A stretch of DNA of 62,694 bases, counting the filler, from Globobulimina sp. (Eukaryota): NCBI GenBank assembly GCA_003354225.1. It is 14 parts of 14 records of this genome, joined end to end, with 100 filler letters (N's around TTAATTAATTAA, not from the genome) between each part and the next. Parts side by side here need not be neighbours in the genome. Positions count along the whole stretch, not along the records: positions 35,896 to 40,279 come from PIVH01001296.1; positions 40,380 to 44,763 come from PIVH01001297.1; positions 44,864 to 49,247 come from PIVH01001298.1; 11 more parts are not named here. One strand, 5' to 3'. Under the pieces are notes generated by a model. It saw only the letters and a list, made by a program, of their open reading frames with translations. It did no database searches and was not told the origin of the DNA. Position 1 is the first letter of the stretch. Each line of letters starts with the position of its first letter. A program made the translations under genes and the position numbers. Of this stretch, positions 36,759 through 48,974 are shown in pieces.

Positions 36759-37787
36759 TTAAACGAAAGATGTTACCGAACCTTCCTCGCCGTTAAAAAT
36801 CTCATCCTCATTCCCTTCGTCCTCATAACCAAAAGTGTCATCATTGCCAGACACTGCCTCGACTTCAGCACCGGATGTATTTTCATGCAAAAATTCACAT
36901 TCCCCCTTTTTAAACCATTTACAATCATCGCCAAATTTACACGGAGTTTTCTCTCGTATTTGCAACACCGTTCGCAGTGCGTCATAACCCAACTTTTTTT
37001 GAGTCGAACCGACTGTTCCTACATTCGCATCAATTTGAACCCTCCGCACTTGCCGTTTGATGCCCGGATACGCAGTGTTTATCTGAAAGGCATTCACTTT
37101 GGAAATCTTCGTAATTTTATATTTTTGTTCATTGGCCAACACACAATGCGATGCGTTGATTTTCAATCTTTCAATGATTCCACTTATTTCCTGATCATAC
37201 CTGACAAAGACACCGCTATTTCTTTGCCATTCCCAGGCATTGACTATGCAGTTCGCTGCGCGTAATTTGCTGTATTTCCTTTGCAACGCTGCCTTTTCCA
37301 TTTTTAATTTTGCCATTTCCTCATTATGCTTTTTCTCCATTTCTAACTGCCTCACTTTTAATTTTAATTGCATGATTTCAGCATTTTCGTCATGTTTTTT
37401 GTTCCTCGAATGATATTTGCCGTGCCCCATTTGCGCATTTTTAGCAAAACGGCCGCGGCCACGGCCTCTCCCACGTCCACGTCCTCTGCGACCATAGGCA
37501 TAGCCACTGTGGTTATACATTTTTGGCGGAGTGTATTGATAATAATCCTTAACTGCGGTGTTCCTGCAATAATTTTTTAAATCGTTTATTTTGAATTGAA
37601 TATATTCTAAATAATGTCTGGGGAAATTGGCAATATCTGTGCCAATGTCATGATAAATGACTTGTTTGTGGTGTTTAAAATATTTGTATTTCCCATTTAC
37701 TTCTATCGAATAATGCGTTGGTTTCACGATAATTACATCGGAGCCATCCAATAAATGTTGCTGTAACTCTTTAAATTGCGCATCCAT
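36759..37787 (-). CDS. RG-repeat + coiled coil + WWE-like + CCCH zinc-finger protein
   Basis: GRGRGRG tract; AWEWQRNSGVFVRYDQEISGIIE..YKI..QIN..RQVRR (WWE-like); CKFGDDCKWFKKGECEFLH. Confidence 0.7.
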   Translation of the reverse strand: MDAQFKELQQHLLDGSDVIIVKPTHYSIEVNGKYKYFKHHKQVIYHDIGTDIANFPRHYLEYIQFKINDLKNYCRNTAVKDYYQYTPPKMYNHSGYAYGRRGRGRGRGRGRGRFAKNAQMGHGKYHSRNKKHDENAEIMQLKLKVRQLEMEKKHNEEMAKLKMEKAALQRKYSKLRAANCIVNAWEWQRNSGVFVRYDQEISGIIERLKINASHCVLANEQKYKITKISKVNAFQINTAYPGIKRQVRRVQIDANVGTVGSTQKKLGYDALRTVLQIREKTPCKFGDDCKWFKKGECEFLHENTSGAEVEAVSGNDDTFGYEDEGNEDEIFNGEEGSVTSFV

Positions 37788-38055
37788 TAATTGTTTAAAT
37801 TCACTTTTGGTGCAATGTTAGAAACGGAATTAAATAATTTTCATCGCTATCATTATCGTTCGTTTTTAGCGGATATAATTTCAGTTTGTCAATATTCAAA
37901 AACGGAAACATATAATATATTTTTTTATAATTCCAAGCAAGTTTGGAATTTACGCATTTAAAATCATAAAAACAAGTATTATATGTTGCTGTTTTCGAAT
38001 ATCATGCGCCACACTGACGATTTTTGTGACTTTTGAATTGTGACGAATCCATTAT

Positions 38056-38770
38056 TTAATTGCCGCAGTACCTTAAACCGGGTCTGACTCTCTTATGAAA
38101 TGTAGTAATTATTCCATATCCAAACGACCGGTCATAGTCTGCTAAGACATCAGCTCCATTTGGGCCATAATTAAATTTCCGGATAGCATCGTAACTGCGG
38201 CCATTATCAATGTCATTGTCACCAAATAAAATTTTGGGATTTGCGTCAATATGAAGTGCTGCAATATACTCCATTTGCTCTTTTGTGGCACATTGTCTTT
38301 GGAAAAATAACAATCCTCTTTTATTATTCTGATGCAACCAAACAAAAAATTAAAGAATATATTAATCAAACAGATGGGTAAATATACTGCGGCTAAACTA
38401 GCATTTGATTGTTTTGCAATGCAAACCGTTTTTCATTATGATGATTATTTTGGAGCTGCGGTGGTATATACTTTGCATTGGTGATGTTTTGGTCGTTTTG
38501 TTTCACGTCATTGTCACATTCATTTTTTGATTTTTCTTTAGTTTTATTGGGTTCGAATTCCTCAGGTTTTTCAATATTTGCCTCTGGATTTGCAATTGGT
38601 GGGTTTTTTAAAACATTGCGGGAGGTTTTGTAGGTTACACCAATAAATCGCTGTTGTTTATCATTTCGTGCCCATTTATTCAAATTTGTTGCAGTTGCTG
38701 GTGCGTATCCGTATTGCTTCAAATATAAAAGATATGCTTGTTTTGTAATTTCTGTTGGATCTTGTGACAT
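38056..38770 (-). CDS. Hypothetical spliced protein
   Basis: Intron 38329-38398 (phase 0) joins ORFs 38393-38770 and 38056-38337. Confidence 0.5.
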
Positions 38771-39010
38771 GTTTAAGAGGCAGTGGTAATTTGCAAAAGG
38801 TTTTCACAAATAAGAATTTCCAGAAATTTCTTTGGAGGAAATATTTTTCGAGTTTATACACAGTTTCAGCAAATTGAGAATTTTCTATATTTTTAAGATA
38901 ATATCTTGTGTAAAACTATTGTATACTGCATATATACGTAAAATGCAAATCAATTCAGATTGCAAACACCAAATTATTACATTTTTGTATTCATCACTGC
39001 CTTTTATGGA

Positions 39011-39120
39011 TGACAAAAAAAATAACTTTTCTCAAACAAAAAAATTATATTTGAGATTTCATATACAAAAAAAAAAGTTATTCTGTACAACTTGTTGTTA
39101 TAAAAACTGAAAATGTAATA
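39011..39120 (-). repeat. Second copy of the dispersed repeat at 31213-31310
   Basis: Direct sequence comparison. Confidence 0.9.
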
Positions 39121-39156
39121 TATGGAGACGAATTGGAAAAGAATATTGGTCGAATA

Positions 39157-39651
39157 CTACATACACTTCGTTGCAATTTTTGTTAAGCTTGGTCGTGATA
39201 ATGCAGACGATGATGAATTTGCAGACGATGCTGAATTTACTTCTGAATAATCGAACGGATCAATCTGTAATGGCGGCAATTTTGTTTCTATGAGCGCAAA
39301 AACAATGGTTGAGCCACAGGAAACATTTATATTTTCATCTTTTGACTTTAAGAATTGTTGATCAATTTTATTGATTTCATTAATAATTAACTCATCATCA
39401 TCCAATGTATCTAATTTATTTAAACGTTTTACCAAATGATCTGATAAATATTGGGATGCACAGTTTCCATTAAATCCATCGAATACCGCAAATATTGAGT
39501 ATTCGGGGTGATTTGGGACGGATAAACAAATGGAATGTCTGTCTTCCATTGTTTTTCTGCATCCGCGAATTGCACATAGACCAATTGAATAACAATTATT
39601 TTCGTAGGTTTCTGTCTCGACCGGACCATAAAGCGAGAAACAGTTACCCAT
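39157..39651 (-). pseudogene. PP2C/PPM phosphatase, N-terminal half only
   Basis: MGNCFS start, RKTMEDRH, FAVFDGFNG and CGSTIV; the expected N.GDSR, LASDG and DN motifs are not found downstream. Confidence 0.75.
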
Positions 39652-39751
39652 AATTACTGCACTGTTGTAAGAATGAAAGAGAAGAGTTGAAGATTTATGG
39701 TTTTTTTCAGAGTGACACAATTTTCAAATACTTCAGTTGCACGGTCGAGCC

Positions 39752-40279
39752 ATGTCCATGTCCTTAAAAGAACAATTAGGAATATTACGGACCATAATAA
39801 ATCAAAAGCAGCAAAATCCCAAACAAGCAACAACAGCGTTTAAAAAATTTCAGTTACAATTAATCAAAACAGGACATAAATTAAATGCAACTGGTGACCT
39901 CAAAATAGCAAGTTTCGCTTTTTATATCCTTGTAATATCCTTGCACCCAACGCAATAATTAAAAAAAAGTGGAAGGATTAGAGATTGGCGCTCAAATTGC
40001 AATCAATATTCGTGATTTAGTGATGTTTGATCGTGTAATAATTCAATTAAAACAATATTATTTAGTGCCAGAAATAAGCAAATTATCGTTGCATCGGCAA
40101 CATTTAATGGGTTTATATTTAATGTATTTATTAACAGAGAACCGTTTGGGTGATTTTCATGTGGAAATTGAATTATTATCAATCCAGGATTTAGAGAATA
40201 AATATATTAAATTTCCAATGTTAATCGAACAATTTATGATGGAAGGCTCCTATGGAAAATTATCGAATCAAAGAGAAAT
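39752..40279 (+). CDS. RPN12: 26S proteasome regulatory subunit Rpn12/PSMD8, 3' partial
   Basis: LEIGA..FDR..QLKQYY, GLYLMYLLTENRLGDFHVEIE, IEQFMMEGSY; intron 39912-39969. Confidence 0.9.
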
Positions 40280-40379
40280 NNNNNNNNNNNNNNNNNNNNN
40301 NNNNNNNNNNNNNNNNNNNNNNNTTAATTAATTAANNNNNNNNNNNNNNNNNNNNNNNNNNNNNNNNNNNNNNNNNNNN

Positions 40380-41074
40380 CGGCTGCTGTGCTCGTTCATG
40401 CGCGTACTGGCCACACTGCGGTTGATGTGTCCATTGGTTAGATGTTCAAATACTTCCTCTGGCGACGCTACAAAGGGAGCGTGCACATTTTCTATATAGA
40501 CTCCCTTGGCTCCAGTTTGCTTTTCTCTGTGGTATGGTGTATATGCGATTTTGCGCTATGTTGAGGGTATGGAGGCGTACCGTATTTTGAGCTGGGCGCC
40601 ATTTGGTTGCAGCAAATCGCGTAGTTTTTCATTATATATTTCAACAAAGGAGACCCGTAATGTGTATTCAAATTCTGTAGAACTGTCGTCTAAGATTCGT
40701 TGGAATATCATTCGAACCATGCGGGGGATTAGACCCTCGCCGGTTGGGTCGGGCTCGCCAATGACGCCTTCCATAGAGTAGGTTTTGCCGCTACCGGTTT
40801 GTCCATAGGCGAATAAGGTACAATTGTAGCCAGCCATTATTTGGTCGATTAAGGGCAAGCCACTGTAATTAAATACTGTTTCTTGGTTGCTGCCAGATGG
40901 GAATATATAATCAAAAGTGAAGGTTTTGGATTTTTTAGATGATGAACCAACAGTGACTGTTTTACAATCGCTGCCTACTTTTGCTACAATTTTATGTCCT
41001 TTTGCTTTCAGTTCGATCTTATTTACGGGTCGAAATCGACAACAAACTCGAATGTTTTGAGCATTCTGAGTCAT
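40380..41074 (-). CDS. Kinesin motor protein (kinesin-1-like), 3' partial
   Basis: IRVCCRFRP, P-loop FAYGQTGSGKT, FVEIYNEKLRDLL; after intron 40527-40580, TRMNEHSSR (switch I). Confidence 0.95.
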
Positions 41075-41325
41075 TGTGGAGGTGCTGGTGTTTGGAAACG
41101 GGACGATGGTTAAAACACCAACTACTGTTTTTTCTATAGTGAAAACTGTCAGAGATATATTCGATTGTAAATATTAAAATAATTTAAAGAAGAAACAAAA
41201 TGGATGGAACAGTATGAAATGTTTATGCACATAAATTGTGAGTCACAGCGACCAAATACCTCTCATTTTTTTATGACACTCTTTTTTGTCATTATATCCA
41301 AGTATTTGGTGAATAGATTTTTGAT

Positions 41326-42327
41326 TTAAACTTTGATATCTGGAAACCATTTGTGTTGATAGATCGTATTTGGTAAATTACTCCAACAATTCTGATGGAA
41401 ATTGTATGTTTCAACCAATTGGCATTGATGCAACCGCGTACCACCAACAATAAACATATTTTGTGTGTTTATATCATTCATAATAACACCATGACAAAGA
41501 TGCGAATGATTCATTGAATCGATATCTGTCCAATCATTATTATTAAATGAATATATTTCCGCTGTTTTTGTGTCACCATAACTTGAATTTGTCCATCCAC
41601 CACAAACAAATATTTTATCATACTGCTCCATCATATATATGCCGTGATTACTACGTGTTGTATTCATTGCTGATATGACTGTGGGATCCCAATAAAAAGC
41701 TCGTGTCTTATCCTGATCCTCATCAATTTCATCGAGTCGCAATATTTGCACCTGATTATATGCCGTTGAACTGGTATATTCGTAGCCGCCTAGCGCAATT
41801 AACGAATATTTCTTCGATAATAACAATGCACAGCGATCGATAGAAATTGATGATATGGGTAGTTCGTAGATGTCATCCGTTTCAATTAAGTATGCCGTGC
41901 ATTTATTTTTATTATCAGCGCTTTTGTTCTCTCCCTCCAAACGAAACATTACATGCAATTTATTCTTTTCTGAATTTATGTTTATCCGCTTGTATTTTGG
42001 GAAGAGATTTTGCCGGATCTCTTCTGGGAATTGATTCAATTCATACATTTTTACTGTTGTACCCAATTCTTCTTGACACAATTTTGCTGAATCACTGCAA
42101 TCTATATTGCACATTACCTTATCATTATCAGTGTCAATATCAATAATGTTGAATGCAGTAAAATGTCCACGCTCTAGTTTGGCTAAAAATATTGCAATAT
42201 ACTCGTACTGTGATAAGTCGTACATGTAAAACAACAAAATCAAGTTGATTAAATCATTTGGTATGAATTCATACATCCCATGTAATCTCTTCATCTCATT
42301 TACATAGCCTTTCACTATGAAGTACAT
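41326..42327 (-). CDS. Kelch-repeat protein
   Basis: LIALGGY, IFVCGGW and MFIVGGT with downstream Y/W positions typical of Kelch blades. Confidence 0.8.
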   Translation of the reverse strand: MYFIVKGYVNEMKRLHGMYEFIPNDLINLILLFYMYDLSQYEYIAIFLAKLERGHFTAFNIIDIDTDNDKVMCNIDCSDSAKLCQEELGTTVKMYELNQFPEEIRQNLFPKYKRININSEKNKLHVMFRLEGENKSADNKNKCTAYLIETDDIYELPISSISIDRCALLLSKKYSLIALGGYEYTSSTAYNQVQILRLDEIDEDQDKTRAFYWDPTVISAMNTTRSNHGIYMMEQYDKIFVCGGWTNSSYGDTKTAEIYSFNNNDWTDIDSMNHSHLCHGVIMNDINTQNMFIVGGTRLHQCQLVETYNFHQNCWSNLPNTIYQHKWFPDIKV

Positions 42328-42421
42328 GGTTGTGTTACTCTGTCACTATTCAATAAAATTAAAAACTTTAAGGTCGTTGGATGCTGTCTAAGTTGTAAGA
42401 TAGATTGCATATAAAAGCGCG

Positions 42422-43103
42422 ATGTCATTAACAAACCAAGAAGAACCAACTGAACCATTACCATTGGTATCGTTATCAACAATATTAAAAAAATATGCAA
42501 CATTTCAAAAATATGATAGCGATCCCTACAAAAACACAAAGGCCACAAATAGGAAACCATCCTCCAAATCACCAAAACTACATTGTCGTAGAGCATCTGC
42601 ACCGTCTATAGCTACAATGCAACATTTACAAGGTATTTATATGCATTTAAGGTATTTAAAACTACACAAATCAAATCACATTAGATTCAGATACAGAAAT
42701 TGAGACTGATAAATATGAAGATTATATAATAGAACATTGTCCACAACTGATCCTTGATTGTGAGTGTAAATCATGTCATCCGCCATCCATTCTATCCCCA
42801 CCCACCAGCCCCTATAACATACCATTTTCATCGATGCAACACGCCACCTCGGCGCCTCAATTTGTATCTCCTTCACCCAGCAAAAGCAGCACGCCGCGGC
42901 CACCAACATTTACAGACCCTCGGTATTCTGTGGCCGCATCTTGTCAGCAAACAAAGAATTTATCATTGATCCGGACCATTGGCATCGGTGTAAAAAATAA
43001 TATGCCCCGTTTACTGAGCATATTAAATGATATAAACAATAGATTATTATTCCAACAATATCAAGACGACGAGGACGATGATAATAAGCTTGAGGATGAG
43101 GAC

Positions 43104-43140
<37 letters not shown>

Positions 43141-44648
43141 TAGATATAATTGAATTTGAATCAGTCCATGCAGCATTTACAAACTTTTCAAGATTAAATT
43201 CTTTATCACCAATAACCAGCTCAAAAAGTTGTTTCTCATTGGATTGTGTGCCATTATTATCCAACAAAAACATAGTTAGATTTAATAATTCGTGGAATAT
43301 CTTGAATAAGATGCCCATACATCAGGCATTGAGGACCTATCAAGAGAGAATTGCCAAACCATTGACATTTTCACCAAAATATCTGATCAAAGATAGCATG
43401 GTGCATTATATTGGACAGATATCATTGATCACCGCTGTGGTTCAGAAATTAGTGCAGAATCACAGTATGCCCTTGCAATTAGATTGCGTTATATTAAGCA
43501 AACAAGCGGTAGAAAATAAGGATTGCAATGATATCGATATCCAAACTGTTGAAAGCAAGGCTGACGATGGTAATGATAATGAGAAGGAAGAAAAAGATGA
43601 ATTAATTAAGCCCTGTTCAGCAAATAAATTGTCTCAACATAAATACCATCATTACGACGATGACATTGGCAATAATCTAATGGACCGATTTCAAGCTTTA
43701 CCAGAAAAACATGGCGACCATTATTCAAAGTTTGCCGTTGGCGTACCACCAAAAGGGAGGGCAAGAGACAAATTGGGTGCAATATTACAAAAACGTGTGA
43801 AATTATTAAAAAAAACGCAACATGGTCGTTATGTGGTTATTATTGATCGGGAGGGACAGCGCACGAATGCACTCTATAAAGAAACGTGGAAAAAACAAAA
43901 GGAGGAAAAGACTCAACCGTCTTTAAAACGAAAAACAACGACGAAAATATTGCTGTTAGATAAGAAACCGAAACGCACGAAACGTGAAGATAAGAAAAGT
44001 GAAGAAGACGAAAATAAGAAAAGTGAAGAAGATTTTTTTTATACTTTCCAGCCACCAAAGCCTTTCGGTGATATTATTGAAGGGATTGCAATGTCTGAAT
44101 CAATGCATATGAATACATTGGATTTTTTAATACCTGCCCTGAAATCGGAAGATTGTCCCATTGGCGCGCGACATTTGTGCGGTGGGAAAATGTTTTGCAT
44201 TTCATTCCATATGATGAGCAAAGACGAAGTAAAATGTTATTTGTATGTTGATCAGAAATGTATGAAAATTGAGTTGAAACGAAATAAACCGATTACTGAT
44301 TTGATGAAAATATTGCCACATTATTTTGAGGATAATATTGTTAAGACATTGCAAATAAATACATTGAATGATTCAGAGACAAAAGAATTTAAAAAATGTA
44401 TTGATAGCAATAAATTTAGTCATCAAGATATTGAAAATGATATTGGTTTGGAATATAAAAAATCAAAAATTGTTAAATTTTTGCGTACAATGCCGTATTC
44501 ATGGAAGGAAACAAGAATTCAAACATTATATGATTCATTACGTGCATTGTTTGGTAGCAATAATGTTGAAAACACGGCAAAATTTTCTACCATTGATACT
44601 GAATATAATGAGATGGTAAAAAAACTTGGAATTGAAAAAAAAATATAA
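42422..44648 (+). CDS. Hypothetical protein with poly-Asp tract (probably spliced; exon structure unresolved)
   Basis: 604-aa ORF 42834-44648 plus a likely upstream exon from 42422; (GACGAT)n at about 43100-43140. Confidence 0.55.
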
Positions 44649-44948
44649 ATCAACACTTCTGCACTAGTTATAATTAATTTGTGAATGTTTGCTTTTGTGA
44701 ATGTTACTTATTTTACTATTGTGTTTTTTTTGTTGTTTGTGATGATTTCAGAGAATGCTCTGANNNNNNNNNNNNNNNNNNNNNNNNNNNNNNNNNNNNN
44801 NNNNNNNTTAATTAATTAANNNNNNNNNNNNNNNNNNNNNNNNNNNNNNNNNNNNNNNNNNNNAACAATCAAAAAACAAAAGACATACTAAACATAAAAC
44901 ATAATACTAAAATAAACTAAACGTAATATAAAACCCCCCCGCTCATAA

Positions 44949-45257
44949 TTACTTGTCTAATAATCCTAAACCGCTTTTCTTTTTGTACTGTGATATAAAA
45001 TATTCTTCTTCTTCTAAATCAAAATCAAATTGATTATATACATCAAATCGTTCTGCTTGTTTTGCATTGAAATATATCTGACTCAATTTAATCATTTCCC
45101 CTTCCGAGTAATTCACATAAATATAAAAGGAATCCTTTAGAAACCATCGACCAACCCATGCTATTAACCCTTTATCCACACCACAGCGACTTAATTGTGA
45201 TGCAAATCCTTTTCGTAATGCGTGCGGTTTCCGTAAACGTTGAGATAATGTTTGTTG
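44949..45257 (-). pseudogene. Tyrosine recombinase, C-terminal fragment
   Basis: Reading upstream of ORF 44949-45179 gives PHALRKGFAS...VGRW....FYIYV (HxxR, W and catalytic Tyr positions). Confidence 0.85.
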
Positions 45258-46876
45258 TCACACCGTAAAATTAGGTGTGAATTCGGTTCAAAATACTGTT
45301 TAAATGATTGTAATGCAGCGACAATTGCTAATGCTTCAAAATGGGCAATTCTTTGTTCTTGTGAGTGAATTATACAATTATTATCACTCAGAAATTTATG
45401 ATAAAATTCTAAGTAAACTCCAGGGACTTTATCGAAACCCCAATGGCCATCAAAGAATGCACCAATTCCTGGATTCCAATTAGGATTTTCACCATTTGTG
45501 GCACCATCAGTGTATAAAATATATTCACGCTTTTGTGATCTACCAATTACATCATAAACACTTACACGATCACATTTATATGCGTATAAAATCCAGAAAC
45601 GCGCATCTTTAACGTCATGATCTAAGAAATATATCGGTGCTACATCCTCACCGTGAGATTGTTTATGAATAGTTAATTTCAATCGAAATCGACGTAGAAA
45701 AGCAGTACCAGGCCACATGAGTGCTGCCATCCAAGTTAGTGAACCTAATAATGATTCGAATACGTCGCTCATTATCATTTTATAGCAAATAATGATAATC
45801 AAAATTAATAATACTTTCTTTTTCTTTTTTGGACCTGGTCCAACTGTCATGTCTGCGGAGTCATAGATTAAACCGCAAATTTCCATGATCCAGGATATCG
45901 GACAACGTTTTTCAGGTTGTTCAATATAGCCACATTGGTGTAAATAATCAAAAAATAGATTCATAATAACTTTTTCACGAATTCTATTGGACATTGGATG
46001 GGATTTAATGAAACCAACATGGTCGTCAATATAGACTAAGTTGGAAATGTCTTCGTTTTTCAATAGAAATTGTTGTATCCAACATTTGAATGATTTGATA
46101 AGTACATTGCCAAAATCTTGAGTGTGTTTTGACGCTGATTTGGTGCCATAAATGTCGCGAGTGTCACAAAATGATTTGTTCATGAATTTATATCCCATGT
46201 ATTTCCAATCCAATTTGGACATTCCTAACTGTCGGAAAGCGTCACTTCCGTCTGTTTTGAACATCAAACACCAACGACCAGATCTAATGAGTTGTAAACA
46301 AAATGCTTTACATAATGGTACATGCATTTTGTAATTGATTGGCGGGATTAATTCATTGATATTATACGTCCAATACGAAGAGAAAGAGGCGTGACGGCAT
46401 ATACGTGCTTTGCCATATAACTGTGTCCATAAAGTTAAACGTCCACCGGTTTTCTTGTCAACAGCGACAATTTCAATATAATTCTCAATTTTTGTGTCGC
46501 CTAAAAGTACTTCAGAGAGACCAATCTTTCCCACTTCAATTTGTTCGGCGAAGTTCTTGCCGATTTCAATTTTATCTAAAATATCTAAATCGTGCATGGT
46601 TCTGATGGTTTGATTCATGGGAAGGCCATTTTGAACGAGGCCTAAGTTCCATCCATGACGTAAATGATTGATTGTGTGATAAATTAAAGTACGTAGTTCG
46701 TGGTTGGATGGATGTGTGATGTTATATAAATCGTTAAATCTGCTTAAAATGAAATCTTTGTGAGGAGATTGTGCGTATTTGGGTTTGATGTATTTAAATG
46801 AAGATAATGCATTCTCCACTCTGTGTTGTACTAAGTTCCAGATGAAATTATTCCAGATCGTCGGATTGGAATACAA
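45191..46876 (-). pseudogene. Reverse transcriptase / RNase H, with RNase H truncated
   Basis: KTDGSDAFRQL, YGTKSA, VYIDDH; RNase H YTDGAT, IAHFEALAI and RCDN; the last catalytic Asp region is missing. Confidence 0.88.
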
Positions 46877-47672
46877 TTCTATTAAATTACATGTACATTG
46901 AATGGATGATAAAATTTGATAAGATATAGGAGAATGTTATTGATGTTTGAAATTAAACTGAACCGACAAATAACTTTTGTTTTCCTTTTCACTGCAAAAA
47001 AGTGGATAAAAAGTCATACCCAAATTATTGTTTGTTTACCATGACAAATATAACGAATATTTGAGAGATAATGGAGCAATAATCATACCCCAAGTATTTG
47101 ATGACTCAGATCAATACCAAATCTGTGATGAAAGATATATAAACCATGGCAATGACGTGTGAATTACTAATGTAATCCGTTGAAATATATACTACATAAT
47201 GTACTCGGTGACATTTGTGTATCTTAAATTTTGTGTGTGTTTCCAGGATAATGAAACAACAAAGTATCCAAAGAAAACCTTGAGTGGGACACTTCGAAAG
47301 CAGAGTTCTATGGAGTGACTTTCGTGCGTGGTAAATATTTCAACTAACAAACGATGCTGAGACTTGTGTGGATAGCAGTAATCAGTGAGATTATGCTTTG
47401 GAGGAAGTTTAATATACAAATAGTTATATTGAGATAACAAAGACCAAATATGTATATTAAATAAGTCAGTAAGTAAACAGAAGATATTCTGCTGAGATAT
47501 TTTAATAGAAATAAGGTAATATATTATATATATATTAAAAATAGAATGTAAATCATAGAAATAAATGTGCATAGAAATACTTATCAACATATTGAGGGAA
47601 AAGGAGAACAATATGTAAGGTAAAGACATTATGAATTAATATGATATGTATTCTAAGTGGTTTATGCGCATA

Positions 47673-48974
47673 TTATCGGCCACCATAACCGTGCACGTTG
47701 CCTCTGTGCATTTCTTGGCAATTATCACTGATATGTTCATTGATGACATAACAGTGTCTACACATATGATGATAATCACATCGTCCATGATCTGCTGCAA
47801 AATAACAATTTCCTCTCTCCATATGTCTACAAACGGAAGAGCAGAGTTCCGGTCCTCCAAACATTCGGCCGTTCTCATTCCTGTAAATTGCTAATTTTTG
47901 TACATTTACTACACGACCTCTTAATGCGATGGGAAGCCGTGATTCGTCAATTTTTTGTTTCTTTTTCGGAGGTTCTGTGCGATGGTTATTGGGTTGATAC
48001 GGATTTGGTCGTTGTGGATATCGTTGAGGAGGTTGTCGATTCTGTTGTGGATATGTATTATGAGGATGAGGAGGGAAAGTTTGGTGAAATTGTTGTGGAA
48101 ATTGTTGGTGTTGTGGTGGATATGATTGTTGTTGAAAATTGTTGTGATTAATGTATGGATTTTGGTCAAATCCTTGGCTGTGATGAAAATCTCTTCCTCT
48201 GCCTCTGCCACGACCGCGTCCTCGCCCTCTACCTCTGCCTCGACCTCTACCTCTTCCTCGACCTCTTCCTCTGCCATAACCCCGATGAGAATGATTGTAA
48301 TCAGTTACTTGAGGTTGAGCATAATGTATCGGTTCGGGTTTGTTCTTTTGTGTCGGCTTCGTTGTTTTGATTTTGTTCAAAGCAATGTTGAAACCTCTTG
48401 TTTCAATTTTATTTTCATGTTCTTTGGCCATAATATCCATTTTCCACGAATTTAGAAATAATCTGTTATTTACGGCTTCTAATACTTGTTTGCCGTCGGT
48501 GTTAAATCTCGTTCTTCGTTGAATCAATAAATAATTCATTGCTTGTAAACCTTCTTCATTTTGTAAATAGTTTCGAAGATTGTTGTCAATGAATTTGCCC
48601 AATTCGCGCCATTGTAAGGCTTGAATATATAAATAAATGCTGATTTCAATGGATTGTGCCGTTGTACCTTCTTTTTTATGTACATCAGATAACGTATTTA
48701 ATGCATCCGCCGTCATTCTAACAAATTGAAAGGCCGCGGTTTTGGATTTAATGAAGGAAGTAATGCACGCATCAATATTGAAATGATTTTTGCTCCAATT
48801 TAATTCACCAATCATTGCTAAATAACGTAAAATATGGATGATGTCACCACCACCTTCGGTGCATAACTCATAAAAATGTAATCTGGCGCTCAATTTCTTG
48901 CTTTTTGATAATTCACCGTTCATTTCATGGTCAAGCGCTGCCATTTCTTTTTTATAATTCTCAAAATCATACAT
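47673..48974 (-). CDS. Gag-like ORF with RG repeats and C-terminal Cys/His zinc finger
   Basis: Long (GR)n tract, Q/P/N-rich region and CRHMERGNC..CDYHHMCRHC..HISDNC. Confidence 0.75.
   Translation of the reverse strand: MYDFENYKKEMAALDHEMNGELSKSKKLSARLHFYELCTEGGGDIIHILRYLAMIGELNWSKNHFNIDACITSFIKSKTAAFQFVRMTADALNTLSDVHKKEGTTAQSIEISIYLYIQALQWRELGKFIDNNLRNYLQNEEGLQAMNYLLIQRRTRFNTDGKQVLEAVNNRLFLNSWKMDIMAKEHENKIETRGFNIALNKIKTTKPTQKNKPEPIHYAQPQVTDYNHSHRGYGRGRGRGRGRGRGRGRGRGRGRGRGRGRDFHHSQGFDQNPYINHNNFQQQSYPPQHQQFPQQFHQTFPPHPHNTYPQQNRQPPQRYPQRPNPYQPNNHRTEPPKKKQKIDESRLPIALRGRVVNVQKLAIYRNENGRMFGGPELCSSVCRHMERGNCYFAADHGRCDYHHMCRHCYVINEHISDNCQEMHRGNVHGYGGR

Noticed and set aside
37440-48280. Homology between the two GRGRGR-containing ORFs (36759-37787 and 47673-48974)
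   Set aside because: Similarity is limited to the low-complexity RG tract
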